A stretch of 63,897 nt of DNA, counting the filler, from SAR324 cluster bacterium (lineage in GTDB: Bacteria; SAR324; JACQKK01): NCBI GenBank assembly GCA_022574555.1. It is 3 parts of 3 records of this genome, joined end to end, with 100 filler letters (N's around TTAATTAATTAA, not from the genome) between each part and the next. Parts side by side here need not be neighbours in the genome. Positions count along the whole stretch, not along the records: positions 44,583 to 63,897 come from JACZRV010000088.1; 2 more parts are not named here. One strand, given 5' to 3'. The notes below the pieces were generated by a model. The model did no database searches, was not told the origin of the DNA, and saw only the letters and a program-made list of their open reading frames with translations. The translations under genes and the position numbers were made by a program. Below, one piece after another: positions 61,790-63,897 of this stretch (the first letter of the stretch is position 1; each line of letters opens with the position of its first letter).

Positions 61790-63796
61790 ATGTCCCCGAA
61801 CCAAGAACTTTTGCGGCCCCTGGTGATCCGTGGCCATAGGTTAGCCAATCGCATCGTCTTTGGAGCCCATCTCACCAACTTCGGCGGAGGCAACCTATTC
61901 GGAAGCCGCCATCTGGCCTATTATGGGGAGCGCGCAGCTGGCGGTGCGGGGATGATCGTCACCGAAGCGCTCACCGTTCACCCGCTCGATTACCCCTACG
62001 AGCACGTGCCCTTCGGTCATCAGGAGCAGATCGTCCCGTCCCTGCAAAGACTCGGTACGGCCCTTCGCGATTCGAATCCGCATATCGTCCTTCTGTGCCA
62101 GCTCAGCCATACGGGAGGTCAGACCAGCGGCCGGCTGTTGCGCCAATCCCCTTGGGCGCCCTCGGCCGTCCCGGACGTGGCGAGCAAGAAGATGGCCCGC
62201 GCCATGGAACCCTGGGAAATCGATCAGGTGGTGCAGGGATTTGCCGAGACGGCGGGGCGGGTCGCACGTGGTGGCCTCGACGGCGTCGAACTGAATGCGG
62301 GTCAAACCTCTCTGCTGCGCCAGTTCCTGTCGCCCCTGACCAATTTCCGTACCGACGATTACGGCGGCGGGCTGGACAATCGCATGCGCCTCCTCAGGCG
62401 GGTGATTCACGCCGTGCGTGGCGCGATGGGAGAAGACCGGCTGCTGGGGGTCAAGCTCTGCGGAGACGAATTGGCGCCCTGGGGAGGTCTTACCCCGGAC
62501 GACGCGGCCGCCATCGCCAAGGCTCTCGTCGAAGAACGGGAAATCGATTATCTCTCCATTCAGATCGGCGGACCTTACACCCCCCACATCACGGACGCGG
62601 GTATGCCCATGCCCCAGGCCCATGCCGCCCATCTTGCCGATGGCGTGAAGGCCGCCATAGGGGCAGCGGTGCCCGTCTTTGCAGAGGGGCGCATCGAATC
62701 GGTGGACGCGGCTGCCCGGGTTCTGGCCCAAGGCCAGGCCGATGCCGTGGTGATGACCCGCGCTCTGATCTCCGATCCCGATCTTCCGGCCAAGCTGCGA
62801 GCCGCCGGAAGGGACGGCAATCCCGAGCCCATTCGGCCCCACGTGGGCATGAACCGGTACTTCGTCGTGAAGGGCGACTGGAACCGCCCCTTGGGCGATC
62901 TGGCCAATCCGCGCGCCGGGCGGGAAGAGCGGCTTCCACTGGCAGCACGCAGCGCCGAGCCACCGCCGCGACCGGTGCTGGTGATCGGCGGCGGTCCCGC
63001 GGGAATGGAGGCCGCTCTGGTGCTGGCCCGGCAAGGGCGCTCCGTGCATCTCATGGAGGCCCGCTCCGAGCTGGGCGGCACGGCAAGACTGCTCGCGCAA
63101 AACATTGACACACGGTTGGAGTTCGCTCCCCTGGTGGCCTATTACCGGGAGATGCTGCACCGGCTGGGTGTCACCGTGGAGACAAACCGGACGGTCACTG
63201 CCTATGAGCCAGCGATGGACCAGTTCGACGCCATCTGGCTGGCCACGGGCGGGCGGGCGCCCCCGATCCCTTGGGAATTTCCCGAAGGCATGGACTGCGT
63301 CACTGCGCGCCAACTGCTGGAGCACCCGCCCCAGAGCGTATCGGCGGAAAATTCACAGGCCGTCGCTGTCGTTATCGATCAGGAGTACGGCTACCGCATG
63401 GCCGGTGCCGTTGAGCAATTGCTGGTGGCCGGATACCGCACCCACGTGGTGACCGACGACTTTTTTGTGGGGCGGGGTCTGGTGGAGTCGGGAGAGTTCC
63501 TTTGGTTCAACCGGGTGGCCGAGCAGGGTGCTATTTTTCACCCGCGCCGGCGGGTGGAATCCCTGCGGCCATGCGAGGTCGTGTGCGTGGACATCTATTC
63601 AGGCGAATCGGTGAGCCTCTCGGCGGTGCGCATCGTCGTGCACGCGGCGCCCGAAGTCCCGGCGGATCAACTTTTGGAAATATTGTCGCAGCATCATCCC
63701 CACGTCGCTGCCATAGGCGATACCCGCGCACCCCGGCTGATGGGTGAAGCCATCCTCCACGCCCACCAATCGGTGCTCGTGCCGGTGGCGACTTAA
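61790..63796 (+). CDS. Mycofactocin-system FadH/OYE-family flavin oxidoreductase (type 1-like), lacking the Fe-S motif
   Basis: NRIVFGAHLTN, HP.DYPYE, NAGQ.SLLRQF, DELAPW.GLTP, VMTRALISDPDL and VLVIGGGPAGMEAA motifs; follows mftC. Confidence 0.88.
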   Translation: MSPNQELLRPLVIRGHRLANRIVFGAHLTNFGGGNLFGSRHLAYYGERAAGGAGMIVTEALTVHPLDYPYEHVPFGHQEQIVPSLQRLGTALRDSNPHIVLLCQLSHTGGQTSGRLLRQSPWAPSAVPDVASKKMARAMEPWEIDQVVQGFAETAGRVARGGLDGVELNAGQTSLLRQFLSPLTNFRTDDYGGGLDNRMRLLRRVIHAVRGAMGEDRLLGVKLCGDELAPWGGLTPDDAAAIAKALVEEREIDYLSIQIGGPYTPHITDAGMPMPQAHAAHLADGVKAAIGAAVPVFAEGRIESVDAAARVLAQGQADAVVMTRALISDPDLPAKLRAAGRDGNPEPIRPHVGMNRYFVVKGDWNRPLGDLANPRAGREERLPLAARSAEPPPRPVLVIGGGPAGMEAALVLARQGRSVHLMEARSELGGTARLLAQNIDTRLEFAPLVAYYREMLHRLGVTVETNRTVTAYEPAMDQFDAIWLATGGRAPPIPWEFPEGMDCVTARQLLEHPPQSVSAENSQAVAVVIDQEYGYRMAGAVEQLLVAGYRTHVVTDDFFVGRGLVESGEFLWFNRVAEQGAIFHPRRRVESLRPCEVVCVDIYSGESVSLSAVRIVVHAAPEVPADQLLEILSQHHPHVAAIGDTRAPRLMGEAILHAHQSVLVPVAT

Positions 63797-63897
63797 TTTG
63801 ACAAGAAATTAACGGTGGTCGAGCGACCAGAATGCGCTCGCAAAGCCGCACAGATCCGTTGTGAGAAAAACAAGTAAAGAGATAAAATTTACTTTTG

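Overview
Bacterial, mostly high-GC, probably metagenome-derived sequence. It consists of three contigs joined by two artificial 100-nt linkers (N-runs around TTAATTAATTAA; 22321-22420 and 44483-44582), so adjacency across the linkers is not biological. The organism is probably a Gram-negative, deltaproteobacteria-like lineage such as SAR324 (inference from gene content only). Contig 1 (1-22320): a sulfur-trafficking/lipoate module (GcvH-like gene divergent from tusA-dsrE2-dsrE-lbpA, typical of sHdr sulfur oxidation); a convergent cluster of amidohydrolase, FmdB zinc ribbon, amicyanin-like cupredoxin and FMN-binding protein; EthD, lptC, a Cdc48-type AAA ATPase, lspA, a betaine-binding protein, DegP, a DUF1800/DUF1501 pair, a cheR remnant, OsmC, an enolase-superfamily enzyme and DUF899. 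Contig 2 (22421-44482): an M20 peptidase, an acyl-CoA ligase plus HAAT ABC transporter operon, an AT-rich glycosylation island (2 GT4, flippase-like protein, methyltransferase, radical SAM/SPASM) with IS200/IS605-like palindromes, FKBP, a desaturase, tRNA-Ser(GGA) and a truncated LLM oxidoreductase. Contig 3 (44583-63897): gatC, gyrB, a heavily decayed recF pseudogene not recognisable as a single ORF, dnaN, a probable oriC with non-canonical CAACA-type boxes, a divergent DnaA, cvpA, trmL, MoxR/DUF58, and a mycofactocin RiPP cluster (mftA with IDGICGVY, mftB, mftC) followed by an OYE/FadH oxidoreductase that has lost all four [4Fe-4S] cysteines. Best novelty candidates: the non-actinobacterial mycofactocin system with its Fe-S-less OYE, the co-diverged DnaA/oriC with dead recF, and the periplasmic amidohydrolase-cupredoxin-flavoprotein cluster beside the sulfur relay.
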